DNA of 64,000 nt from NCBI GenBank assembly GCA_028023455.1, contig JAQFVV010000004.1, positions 25,358,001 through 25,422,000 on the forward strand. Direction: 5' to 3'. Source of the stretch: Epiperipatus broadwayi. Taxonomy: Eukaryota > Animalia > Onychophora. This document shows positions 11,577-24,536 of the stretch, piece by piece; the first letter of the stretch is position 1, and the number at the start of each line of letters is the position of its first letter. The translations under genes and the position numbers were made by a program. The notes under the pieces were generated by a model. The model searched no databases, was not told where the DNA came from, and was given only the letters and a program-made list of their open reading frames with translations.

Positions 11577-14365
11577 GTTACATACATAGGATGCACTATA
11601 TAAATAACAGAGTATTTATAACAAACAGTGAATGTTTGAGTACCATTAAATGATAAAGAATAGCATATTGACTTAACATCATCGAAATTAAGAGTGCAAG
11701 AATAAATACAAGTTTTTTATTAAGTGAAGTAATTAATAGTTTATTACATAAAAGTGACATAGTTTAAAACATTTTCTGGTATATAACATAAAGGAAAATT
11801 AGGTACTGATTTAGTATGCATTCACAGCCATTTTTAATTAATTAATCTAAATTAACTTTAATTGTATGAATGAAAATGGGTATATTAAAATTGTTCCTTT
11901 CTTAAAAGTAATAATTTATTATTAATTATAAAATTAAACTTAATCTTTATATTAATAATTAATTATAAATATTATTAAGTGTGCTATCAATCTTACATTA
12001 TAGATTTTATAAGTCCAAAATAATTTTACATGAGAGCAAGGCAAATGTAATTCAGTAATACAGTTCACTTAATTTTTTTATTAGCTTATTAAGAGATAAT
12101 ATTATTATGTAAGATTTGTACTTTGTAAAACAATTTTTATGAATTTAAGATGTTGTTTTGTAGGTTATAGCTGTTGAGTTTTTGTATCAATTTTAAAAGT
12201 GTGGTAAAATATACTATTAAATTTTAAATTTAAATACATATATACTAAGTCAAATTTGCAAAGGACTAAATAAAAATACATGTTATTTAAAATAAGATTA
12301 ATAAAGCAATATTCATATTAATTTATACATAGTATTAAATGATTTTCAGTAGTAACGGAACTCTAATATAATGTTTGAATGTTTATGTGTGTGCACATGT
12401 TTATTTTGTGTTTTTTTGATCTATTTTGAAATTTAATGAGGTACTATTTTAAAAGATTTAGGTAAAGTTATTATTTTAATAAAATGCAATTCTTTGTGAG
12501 AACAGTAAACAGCGTAAAGAGATTTGTTTTAATATTTGTAATGTAAATATTTATGTTATTATTAGAATCTGTATATTTAATTTTGGTTGAAACATTTATT
12601 TAGAAGTTGGGTTTTAAAATATTATTTGTAATTTTAAAATATTTTTTTATTCTAATGGATTCTATATTTTATTCAAATATTTTATAATCATCTGCAAATA
12701 TGTTATACCTTTGAAAACTATAGAAAATTTTGCATACAAAGATAAAAGAATTATAACATTTGAGATAATGAAATCAGTCACATGGTAGAAACCTATAAAT
12801 AAACATGCATGAGAAGAATCTCTTTTTTGTCATTTATATGCTGACTAAAGTTTAACTATGCTGATATTTAAATTAGCCATATTTTGTGTTGGTTGTTGTT
12901 TTTGAATATAAAGAAGTAGACTTTCTACAAACCATTTCCTTTTAGGAAAACGCATCTTCCAAGACTATGAAAAAGAATAACATCATATTAGGAACATCAT
13001 TATAAGTTTAAAATGTACAGATAAGTGAAATAAAAATACTTTTATGGGATTGAAATTCTGAATGCTAATATTCTTATTATTCATCTGTTAAAATTATAAA
13101 AACAAATATTTATGAAATATTTACTATCCAAACACTTGTGCACTGGATATCTTATTTTGCAAATTTTCTTCAAATTAATAGAACTTTTTTTAAAAATATT
13201 TTTCTAAAAAAAAATGACAATCTTTAAAAAAATTTGCTTAAAAAAACCTAATTATTTGCTAAAATATATTTTGAAATGGAGAAAAGAAGGAAGGTTGTTT
13301 TGACTTTACTTATTGTTTCAATTTACTAAACTAATAGATTTATTTAAAATGATAAAATTCTTGAAACATTTTAATTACTTGAAAGAATAAGTCCTTATGT
13401 CATTCATAATAGAAACATTGAAGGATTTAAATCAATTCTACAATATATTAAAATCTATGCTTAAGTGGAAAATATGTAAAAATGTGTCTTGCTAAAGTTT
13501 AAAGACTTTGAAAGAATATTGGAAGTATATTTTTATTTTATTATCATAATAGTCTATTTTTGTTTGTTCTTGATAAAAATAAATATTTAAATTATACTTT
13601 AGGATTGATTTAATATGTATTAGTGTAAACTTGTGTTGAAAAGAAGTCTGTGTTTTTATTGATCTTTTAAAAATTCCAGTCTCTCTACTATGTTAAAAGC
13701 TTATCAAGTATTTTTTAATATAAAATAAGAAGTGTTCAAGTAATCTTTTTTTTTTTTTACAATCATAGGTTTGTTAGAAGTTTTTATGACGAATTCTTGG
13801 TAAAATTTTATTACTTCTGTAATATTATTTTGTTGTTTAGTAGAGAAGAATTCCTAACAACTTGTATTGTAATTTTTACTCATATATTAGCCTGGGTAGC
13901 ATATTTTGTATTGCCACATGTACCTATGTTGAGTATAATTTAGTCTTTATGACCATAATTATTTGATATATTAGTATATGTAGTTGTGAAATCTCCTAGT
14001 AATTTATACTTCTAACCCATGGGAGGTATGTAATTTATAATGTCACATATTCGTATAGTTTTGTATATAGGATAAATCTCATCTTGGTAAAGGAATTAAT
14101 AGAGGTTATATAAAAGAGATGCATGTTTTGAGAGACTGACAATATGACAATAAATAAAGATCATATAAATCATTGTTTATTTATTAATTGTTTAATAATT
14201 ATTTAATATTGAAATTTATTTAATATAGCATAAAGTTTCTTCAATGAATTACCTGTCCAACAACATGTAGATACATGTATTATATTTTTTAGCATAGTTT
14301 AAATGTAGATAAAGTGTCAACATTTAAAAGATCATTCTAAATTTTTAGGATTTAATGAAAACTAA

Positions 14366-15740
14366 ATTTCTTCTTTTTCTTCTTCTTCTACTTCATCTTC
14401 TTCTTCTACTACTACTTATTATTATTATGTTTTAAAAAGGAACTTTATTGGGTCAAAAGGTATTTACATACATCTAAGTTACATACACATTTTTATATTC
14501 ATTGTTTTTTGATTGGCTTATTCAGATTGTCTGTTTAATTAGGAGTGTTAGAATTTTCAGTAAAATTGCTGATTGGCTATACCACTTTCGGCATTTTTTT
14601 CATAGAGTCCATAATTCTTTTGCTTTAGATCCATCTTCTAATTTTTGTTAGATACATGGATTGTCCTTGTTAGAAACACAGATCATTCTTTATGTGTTGG
14701 TTAGTTGGTTATCAGGCTGATTGTTGTTTTATTGGTGACCAAGTGGCTGCATATATATCTGGATGTACTATTATGTTATCTCTGATTCTCAACTGTGCTA
14801 GTTTGTTATGGAGGATGGAGGGATGCCTTCTCATGTTGTTGCTTATTATAAATGTATAACATGTGTACCAGAATTCACAGAGTGTAAATGTCACTGCCTT
14901 TATTCTCATGATTAATTTTTCTTGATATGGACTGATAATCTCTTTTACTGAGGTTGCTGTCTGTATATGTTACACACTATTTTTCTGCTCTCTTCTAGTG
15001 CTATGCATTGATAGAATAGGTATTGTTGTGTTTCTTCTGTATGGTGTCAGAGTCCACAAAATGGATCAATTGTGGTGTACCTTCTCTTGTGATAGAAAAA
15101 TATGTTGTTGGCATGGCATAAAAGTTGACTTCGATGATGAAATTAAAAACTTGGGCTTCCGTGACCATTTTTAAAATTATGGATCCTAGTTTAATTCTAT
15201 ATCTTCATTAGTTGGACCAAAGGTATGGTCTATATGGCCAATGTTATCTCCTTGATTGAATTCTTCTGTTTGGCATTTTTTATTTGCCAATTTTATTTTG
15301 GTGGGTGACCTGGTTAACTTTTTGCTTCAGGCACTGGTTCTTTTACCTGTGGAAGGCATGGAATGATTGTTTCTGTTATATGTGGTAATGTATAGTTCTT
15401 TATTTTAACTGTATGTTTTGATTTGGTATGATGATTTGCATTATTCATAGTATTACTGTTTGCTTTTGATTTATTATTGTTTTTATTGGTAATATTGAGA
15501 GTTTATCAGGCACTTTTGGGGTGGGTAATTTAAGGTTATCTGACTCATGTCTGCATTGCTTGTTTGTTTTTTATTTGGTTTTGGGATTGATATGTCCAGT
15601 GCTACCATGATTATATTTGCATTTTTGGTTGATTGTTTTTTAATTGTTGTTGATGACTGCTTTTGGAGTTCTTGTTTATATTGTCTTCATTCAGCAAGGA
15701 GAGCCATGTTTTGATTAATTGCTGCAGATCAATACACTTA
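14366..15740 (-). mobile_element. L1/Tx1-like LINE 3' fragment
   Basis: Minus strand DPFCGL*HHTEETQQYLFYQC resembles the C-terminal zinc-knuckle CxxC...ET..HLF..C. It ends in CAATAAAGTTCC followed by an (AAT)n/(AGA)n tail. The 5' boundary is approximate. Confidence 0.6.
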
Positions 15741-17657
15741 GGCTGTGGATTTAACTTCTATATATAACAGTGATCCTATTTATTAATTGATTTACATAAA
15801 TATGTAATTAATGTATTAGTGATTTCTCTATATAAATCAGTTTTCGGATATGTGCTGTTGGTATTAATTTTTTTTGCACTGACTTGTCAATAAGTGTTTA
15901 AAAGCATAGGTTAATCACTAGTGCATTTATCTTATATATGCATTACTTAAATGATATGTCTTTGTAAATTTAATTGTTTGAGATTATTAGATTATGGAAA
16001 TAATATCTGATATTTATAATTCAAAATCAGATTGATATATTTGTATTATAAAGTATTTACTAAATTTTTTAAGTCATTCCATTTAAAGTCTTATGGATAT
16101 ATATTTCTCCTTAATCATAGTTATTAAGATTCTTGTGATTTTAAGGCTAGTTTATATGTAATGGTATGTGTGTGTATGTATTTAGACATCCATATAGCTT
16201 ACTTTAGAATTATTTAGATGGTGCTAAAATCACAAAAATCATTTTTAAAGTCCAGTTACTTTAAATTGTAGATTTTATAGTTTGTTTAGTGATGAACAGT
16301 TTACCCATGGTATCATATGGCCCAGACCATTGGTGATGATCAGCATTGATATAATGGATATAACGATCCCACCATTTTTTGGTATGCTTATTATTATAGT
16401 TATTTTTAACACTAACATATGTTTATGCAGATAAAATATTGATAATTGTTTTCATAATGTGTCTTAAGTTTGGCAATGGATTGATGATTAGCCAACAATT
16501 TAATGTTCTAATCTAATCATAAAAATTGACACATTGACTCTTAATGATCATTGTTGGTGATACCATATTATTACTTATTATAGTTTAGATGCTGATTTTT
16601 GTTCATGTTCTAGGCTCAGTAAAATGAGATATTTTTGATGACTATTGATTAACATCACTCTCTGCCATAACTCTTTATTCATACTATTTCAACATATATA
16701 CATATAATAATTTTGAAACCTTCATTAATATAAATTTAATAAACTTTGAACGTACACACACATATATATGTATATGATTTTACAAAGTATAAAATAAGAA
16801 ACACTCCTAGTTTTATTTAGCTTAATGCATTTTCAGTGCTGAGAACCATAACTATAGATATTCTTACTAAACTTCAAAGATTACTTCATAATGATTATTA
16901 ATAATATTCAAAAGTGACTTAATTTACATATTCCAATAACTAGATAATTGCACACTATTTGATCTTTTGTTAATGATATTATTGTTGATAGAAAGGTACC
17001 ACATCTCTTTCATTTTAATTTTTAATCATTTTGCTCTATGCAGACCAGTTTTATCTTAAGCAGATTCAAACAGAATCCCTGATCTTTTTGTGGTCTAAGA
17101 ATACAGAAGCAAACTTAATTTTCTTTGCCTTTCATGTATAAATATTTATCCTATCCTATTCTAGTTCTGGATTATCATAATATATAGTGGAAACATGCTA
17201 ACCATTGCATTATACAGCATAAACAATTTGAAGTAGTTCTGCTTTGTTGACATTATTCTTAGAATTGTTGACCTTTCTATTTAGAATAGTTGTCATCCTA
17301 AAACCTACATTAAAATTCTGGTTACAGTTTTTTCCTTATTTTAGTTTCAATATAGGGAATACTTGATCATAAACAGATATGAATACATACTTAATTACAA
17401 AATGTTTGGTTATTCTTTAGAGATTAATAGGGCTATACAATATCAGATCCAGATGGCTTATAAACTTGAGACTTTAGGGCTTTTTAAATCGAAATCATCA
17501 TTTATGCAGATGCAAATCTGATAGAAGGCATACCATTCAAATACATATGAAAAAACTAATTAACATAGGATAATGAAAAAAACTCCTTTACAAGGCAATT
17601 AAAAAATATAACTTAAAAACAAAATTGAATATATTCAAAGTTATAGACGACAATAGT

Positions 17658-17886
17658 ATTTTCCTGAAGGTTTGTGATGATGGTATTTTAGTTGTATTTA
17701 TATATTGGACTATTTTGATAATTTAATATTAAGTATTGAATGTCTTTAAAAAAATTAAACTTTATTTAAATTTTCAATTATATTCAACTGTTAGTAATAG
17801 CACAGAAGTTAGTATATGCACAATGATTTAAGAGTTATTATCCTCTTCTCTAGGTGTTGCTGGTCTGACCAGTGACAGTACATGGG
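17658..17886 (-). mobile_element. Family A SINE, copy c (5'-truncated, lacks tRNA head)
   Basis: The reverse complement matches the family A body and tail: GTACTGTCACTGGTCAGACCAGCAACACC...TCATCACAAACCTTCAGGAAAA. Confidence 0.85.
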
Positions 17887-18213
17887 TGAAAACAGTTACC
17901 CCATTGAAAAGTGATCGAAGAGCACAAACTGATGAAGAAGAGAGAAAATAGGTATGTCTAAGATAGCAGACCGTGTATGTACCAATGAACATGTGTTCAA
18001 TTAATTAAATACAAAATTATTGGATAGTGAGATAAAGTTATAAAGAAGAAAATTCAAAGAAGCTGTTCACATGACAATGGTGAATAACCCCATAGTCAAC
18101 CTAGGGTGACTATACATAATGTATGGAAACCATTAATCAGCATTGCTCTTACAAAAAGTGAAAAAATCAGGAGGAACATCATAGATAAGTATATGAAATT
18201 TCTACCAACTATT

Positions 18214-18499
18214 GCTTTTGGCAGGATGACTCATTTGATTAAAGTGTTACCTTAAAATTCAGTATTCAAGAATCTAATGATCCACATTCAATTTCTATGC
18301 TAGTACTGTTATTAGTCAGACCAGAAATACCTAAAGAAAAGAGAATAATTTCTCTTGAAACATTGTATATATAGTATCCTGTATGCTATTACTAATAGTT
18401 GAATGCAACTGGAAAATTTAAATAACATTTTATTTTTCTAAAGATATTCAATATTTAATATTAGATGATGAAAATAGTCCAATATATAAATACAAGTAA
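18214..18499 (+). mobile_element. Family A SINE, copy d (diverged, 3' end missing)
   Basis: TGGCAGGATGACTCATTTGATTAAAG head, ATGCTAGTACTG, CTCTTGAAACATTG and GATGATGAAAATAGTCCAATAT. Confidence 0.8.
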
Positions 18500-19160
18500 A
18501 TACAAATAGACAACAATAGGTCTTGGGTTCCTAAGCCTTATATTTTTTTATTGAAACTAAAATAAGGAAAATCTGTAACCAAAATTTTAATGAAGGCTTT
18601 AAGATACAAACTAATTTGTCTAAATTGATCAACAACTTTAAAAACAAAATTAAAAAAAACCAGAACCCTAACCCAATATAACAACTACAATATGGCAGCA
18701 TAAATATTTATACAAGAGAGTCATGGAAAATTCCACACATGCATCTATATTCGTAGACCATAAAAAAAGCAAGAGCATTGTTTTCATCAGGAAAAGGTCA
18801 AACTGGTCTGTATCTAGTGAAATGATCGGAAGAAAAAAATCAAAAAATCATGGTATATTGCAAACAACAATAACATCATTACAAAAAATCAAATGTAATC
18901 CACTTATCCAATCATTGGAAAATGTAAATTAAGATGTTTTTGTATATTATTAACAGTTGTTGTAAAATAGTTTTTGAAGTTTATTTAGTATAATTATGAA
19001 TTACAAAGTTCAGCACCAAATTAAGCTAAATACAATTAGAAGTATTTTGTAGTTTATACACAGTCCAAACATATCTATATATGTATGCTTAAAATTTATA
19101 ATATATATATAATTTTAATTTCACTTCATTTTTATTTGTAATAACTTTACATATGTATGT

Positions 19161-19409
19161 TATTAAACAGGCAAAACTCTCCATACAGTAGTGCCACTCA
19201 GTCCAAGCTAGAGTAATCAATGGATGCCAGAAGGCTTGTGCATAAAATCCTTATCTAGTGCCTACTCATCCAATATTCTCAGACTAGTTTCTAGCTTGTG
19301 GCTTTTGTCAGTGAGGAACTCTGGATCTGAGAGCACTGCACCTAGATCTAAGACTCTGGCTTGCACTGAATGGCTCTACTGTATGGAGAGTTTTGCCTGT
19401 TTTAATAAC
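19161..19409. mobile_element. Family B palindromic PLE-type repeat, copy 1
   Basis: The long left arm is antisense and the short right arm is sense. Both end in GGAGAGTTTTGCCTGTTT(T)AATAAC. Homologous to 27.7-28.0 kb and 41.9 kb. Confidence 0.8.
19278..19316 (-). ncRNA. Minimal hammerhead motif, probably inactivated
   Basis: CCUCA-CUGACAA-A-AGC-CACAA-GCU-A-GAAACUAGUC-UGAG. Stems are intact, but G8 is changed to A, consistent with CpG decay of CTGACGA. Confidence 0.6.
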
Positions 19410-19989
19410 AGTTATGATCAACTATAAAATAATAGTTACGTAATGTTTAGTAGTTCATATGTATGTTAGTATATCTGATGAAGTGTTATTTTCCTTTCAT
19501 CAGTTTTCTTTTTAGCTTAGTGATCTTTTAATGCTAATCACCATAATAGCATGGCTATCATGACTCAGCACCAAAGAGCACTAAATCAAATAGAAAACTG
19601 ATAAAAGAATTATGTGTGTGTGTGTGTGAGTAGAGCATTATACTAAATATAGAATCAAAAATTTGGCATCATCATATTCAAATTAAATATAATCCTCAGT
19701 TTATATTTACTTGAGAAATGTTCCATGTTACATATATATATATATATCACTAAAAACTAGTAAACAGGCAATTCCAATATCAACAATTTCAAAATACTGT
19801 CAAGGCAATCTCCTTTTAATAATATATATATATATATAAGGATAAACTTAAAAGCAGAATTATTTATTTTGAAGATTTTATCGAAAAAAGATTCTCTAAT
19901 TAAAAATTATAAAAGCATTTGTTATAATGATCCAGAAATACAATATTACATAATCTAGTGTGATCCAAGTTTACTATAAAACAACAATT

Positions 19990-20130
19990 GTGATGTAATT
20001 ACATACATATATAGATAAAAAGGTAGATAGATGGATAGATATACAGATAGATGAATGGATAGATAAATAATTTGATGAATGGGTAACTAGATAGACAGTC
20101 AACCATGAATAAAGATAGATAAATAAATAT
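19990..20130. repeat. Degenerate (ATAG)n-like microsatellite
   Basis: Run of TAGA/TGGA/TAAA variants. Confidence 0.6.
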
Positions 20131-20972
20131 ATAGGTATTCCCCCATGTGGCCAATATGTCAATAGCTCTTCAAAAAGAACGGCAGAAAAAGCTGACTACT
20201 AGGAAGTGAATGCTTTAGTATATATATATATAACAATAGTTTACCTTTTAATTAAAAAAACACCCAACTTTGAAAGTCTATTTGTGTGATTATAGAATGA
20301 TTATCTGAAAGAAAAAGTCAAAGTTTATATGGAATCTAAAAAAAGATTCAAGTTTTGCCCTGGATTCAGTTATTATATCATGAACATAGTAGGTGGATGC
20401 ATTAACCATAGTATTATGAGAATACTTTAATATATATAAATGTAAAAGCTAGATTGAATTTTTTTTGTTAAATTATAAATAATAAATTTTTTTAATTAAT
20501 TGCTCTTTAAAAGTAAAAACAAATAATTAACATTAAACTAATATCATAATCTTTTCTTTTTAATAAGCACAGATGTTTAATAAATAGTGACTTTTTTTTT
20601 TTTAATAATAATTAGTAAAATTTCATTAATTTGCTAATTTTTTTCTGTATTGTATTAATGATTATTTTTTAAAAGAAACTAACAAATAAACCAACAACAA
20701 AAGAAATTAAACTTTAATGATTTACAATAGAAATAATATTCATTTTTTATTTGCTTTATGAAATAAAACTATTATCTTTTTTATAATAGTCAACATTATC
20801 CCAGAGAATAGAAACATTTATGGTAGAGTTAGATTAACACATGCTGTGACAAAATTAAAATATAGAACAAGAAACTATAAGATCATTTTCCAAACGGTAT
20901 AATCTCTTCCAAAATCTTTGAAAAAAATAAAAGCAACATCTTAGTTACTTCAACAGAGTAGCAATACTTTAG

Positions 20973-23642
20973 TAGTGGTATTCAATCTATGGGTCACTAC
21001 CTCAAATAGGGTAGCAAAAAATTATCTTGGGGTTGCAAGATGGATGAAAAATTTTATAAATAAATTTAATTGATTACAAATACATCATTGACAAAATTTT
21101 TGGGAAAAAAATATTAATTTTTAAAATGTGAAATTTCATTAAATTCTAGAAGATTACTTTATTTTAAAAATGATGACTTCAAAGAGATAGGGGTTTGGAT
21201 ATGTCTTGAACAATGTCATGTAACATTGCTTTTAGCAAATCACATGACTTGGCAAACAAGTGATGACAGTGCATATTCTATTTACATCATCATCATGGCA
21301 CATTTGTGAGTTTAATTATTATTTTAGTGTAAAATTTATTTTTTAACTTAGTATTTGTGATAAACAGATTGCTTTTAAAGTTATATATTTTATGAATGCT
21401 CATGAATAAGTGGCTAAAAACTGGTAGGATAATTGAAAAAAAAACAGACAATGAAGAAACAAATGATGAGAAGAGCGCTTCAATTTTGGGTGTTTTAACT
21501 TATGACACCAACCAAATATGTTTGGAAGCTTCTGCTTCTATAGAGTCAAGACATAAAAAAGTAAAAGCAAACAAATGAGTTTGTAAGTTTGACAATGAGT
21601 TTATAAAATATGTTTTTGTATGCACTGAAGATGATAAACCAAGGACTAGATGCCTTATGTGCCTGGCAGTACTGTCAAAGGAGTCACTGAAACTAAATAA
21701 ACTGCAGAGGCACCTACACACTAAACACCCAGAATCCAAAGATGAAAACATTGACTTTTTTCAGAAAAAAATAGGGCATTTGACATGTAAGCAAAACTTT
21801 ACGTATATTTTTAGTGATGTTAACAAAAAAGCATTGGAGGCTTCTTACCGAGTAAACTATCGTATAGCTAAATCTGGCAAGCCATGCACGATTACTGAAG
21901 AGTTAATTGTTCCAGAAGCTCAAGATATAGTAAGCATTATGTTTGGCAAGAAGGAAAAGCAACAAATATATCAAATACCACTCTCCGATACAACAATTGG
22001 TCACAGAATAATCGAAATAGCAGATAATGTGGAAAGCGAATTTATAATCAGAATTCAAAAAAGTAAATTTTTCAGTCTTCAGTTGGATGAATCCACCAAT
22101 TGCCAAAACGTTGTACAGCTAATTTGTTTTGTAAAATATGAATACAAAAATGAAGTTGAAGGAACCTTTTTTGCAATGAACTACAAAGGAATATGGGAGA
22201 AGAAATATTTAAAGTGGTAAATTCTTACATCACAGGAAACAATATTTCTTGGGGAAAATTGTGTGGGTGTGTGCAGTGATGAAGCTCATGCCATAGTTGG
22301 AAAACACAATGGACTTCTATCCTGAATCAAAGAAATTTCACCTAATGTAACATGGGTTCACTGTATGATTTATAGAGAAGCACTTGTATCAGAAAATATG
22401 CCACTGAACTTAAAGTTTGTATTAGATACTGGAGTTAAAAATAATAAATGATATAAAGGCACATTCTCTGAACTCAATAATTTTTTCACATGTATGCAGA
22501 GGAATGGGCAGTGAACATCAGCAGCTTCTTTTACATACAGAGGTGTGTTGGCTTTTGAGGGGTATGGTTCTAACAAGACTATTTGAACTTAAAGATGGTT
22601 TGTGTTTTTAAATGACAATAATAAAGATAAAAAATTTATACACTTTTTAACTGATCAAGAATGGCTATGTAGATGAGCTTACTTAAGTGATATTTTTCTC
22701 AAATTGCATGAGTTGAATTTAAGTCTTCAAAATGAACAATTAAATATATTTATGGCCAATGATAAAATCAAAGTCTTGGAGAAAATAGATTTGTGGTGCT
22801 CGTACTGCAAGGAGATAAATTTTGCAGCATTTTCTACTTTAGAAAGTTTTGTCATAGAAAACAAACTAAAAGTTATTCAATCAGTTATTAAAAATATAAC
22901 AACTCACTTGAAAGATTTTAAATATCAATTTAATACTTATTTTCAGGAAGATTTTTCTGATTCTGAATGGATTTAAAATCCCTTTCAGTGTCTATTACCC
23001 AAAAATTTATCATTTCATTTAAGCAAAAAACTGTGTTATCATCTAATGGAGAATTAAAATTTGTTTTTAAAGAGTTTGAATTGAGTAATTTTTGGCTTAA
23101 AGTTCGAAATGAATATACAGAACTGTCTGATGCAGCTCTAAAGTTATTATTACCATTTGCCTCATCTTATATGTGTGAGATAGGATTTTCCCAATTTCTC
23201 TACCTAAAATCTAAATACCGAAACAAATTAGCAATTGAGAAAAATAGAGTAGCAATATTGCTACTTGTAAACAAGAAACAGGCTCATAGATCTCATTAAA
23301 TATTTTCCTTTTGTAGTTTTTTAAACTGAATTTTTTTAAGCTCCTATGTGTGATACGCCATATTTTAATTTAACTAGTTATAAATGATTAATACTAGTTG
23401 ATTTTTCAACCTAATATTTTGGTAATTACAGAGTTGATATTCAGTTTATTGTATTTATATTGACACTTTTGTTTATTTTGTATGAAATAAAAAATAAATT
23501 AACATTTTCCTAATTTTTAATATTACCTAGTTAGTTTTTTGAACAATTAGAATTAGATTATTGATTTTTTAAATTTTGAGTCGGCATGTTACCTCGTTAC
23601 CTCATGTGGAAGTCATACTGCTAAAATGTTTGAACACCACTG
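20973..23642 (+). mobile_element. Full-length decayed hAT transposon, Buster group, ~2.67 kb
   Basis: TIRs TAGTGGTATTCAATC (20973-) and GTTTGAACACCACTG (-23642). Flanks CTTTAG on the left and CTTTAGAT on the right fit a damaged 8-bp nnnTAnnn TSD. Confidence 0.92.
21396..23299 (+). pseudogene. Buster-type (ZBED5/SCAND3-like) hAT transposase pseudogene
   Basis: BED-like CLMCLAVLSKESLKLNKLQRHLHTKH, ALEASYRVNYRIAKSGKP, FSLQLDEST, HCMIYREAL, and the dimerisation motif LLLPFASSYMCEIGFS...KSKYRNKL. It is split over track ORFs 21396, 21657, 22704 and 22967. Confidence 0.92.
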
Positions 23643-24536
23643 CTTTAGATTATAAAAAGTCTCCAAAACCAAAAAATAATAAAAACTGATGAAAATATAA
23701 AATAAAATAGATAAGTACATATTAAGGAATATGTTTAAAAGAACTCTTTATCTAAGTCAAGTATTTATCTAAGATAAGTTAGAATAGTCAGTGATTACAA
23801 GAGATTGAAGCCATTTCAATAGACATTTCAAATCATTTTCTTGCTTTTGACTTATTAATAAGATAGGGGGTGAGTATTTCTAGTAATCATCAATTATTCA
23901 AGATTATAATAGATAGTACTAGAATAGAGAGCTGCTCTTAAGTAATTGAGTGATTTGGAATGAATTCATAATGCCATTTGAAAACAACTAAATTTTGCTT
24001 TTAAAGTCAAATATAAAAAGAATTAATATGAGATTTTAAAAACTATAATATAAAAATTAAAATAAAATAAATAGTGACAAATATTTGCACCATTTTGACT
24101 AAAAATTTACTAGATATAAAAAAATATACATAATTAAAATATGTAGAATACACATCTAGAAATAAAACACAAAAACGGGATAAATAAATTAAATTATAAG
24201 TTTATAAATGGATTTACTACAAAGTTTAAAAAAATAATAAAAAGGAAGCATGTATAAAGCCAATAATTTAAACAAAATTAATATATCAATCTTTTTTTTT
24301 TTAAAAAAAGTCTTAAGCTATTGGATTTTATGCTCTAATAAAAATTTGGATACTCAGATATATTGTTATTATTATTAAAAAGAAATACAAAATATTTAAT
24401 TCAGTCATGTAGATATAATTTCCTTTAAACAATACTTATAATTGATAATATTTTTCAGAAATTGCAGCTTATTGCTTAATCCTTTATAGTTTCATTACTA
24501 TTTATTAAAAAAATAAGATCTAATCTAATTGGAATA

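Noticed and set aside
19161-19409. Family B as a PIF/Harbinger MITE with TTA TSD
   Set aside because: The apparent TSD lies within the inverted arms, inversion points differ between copies, and an HHR is present.
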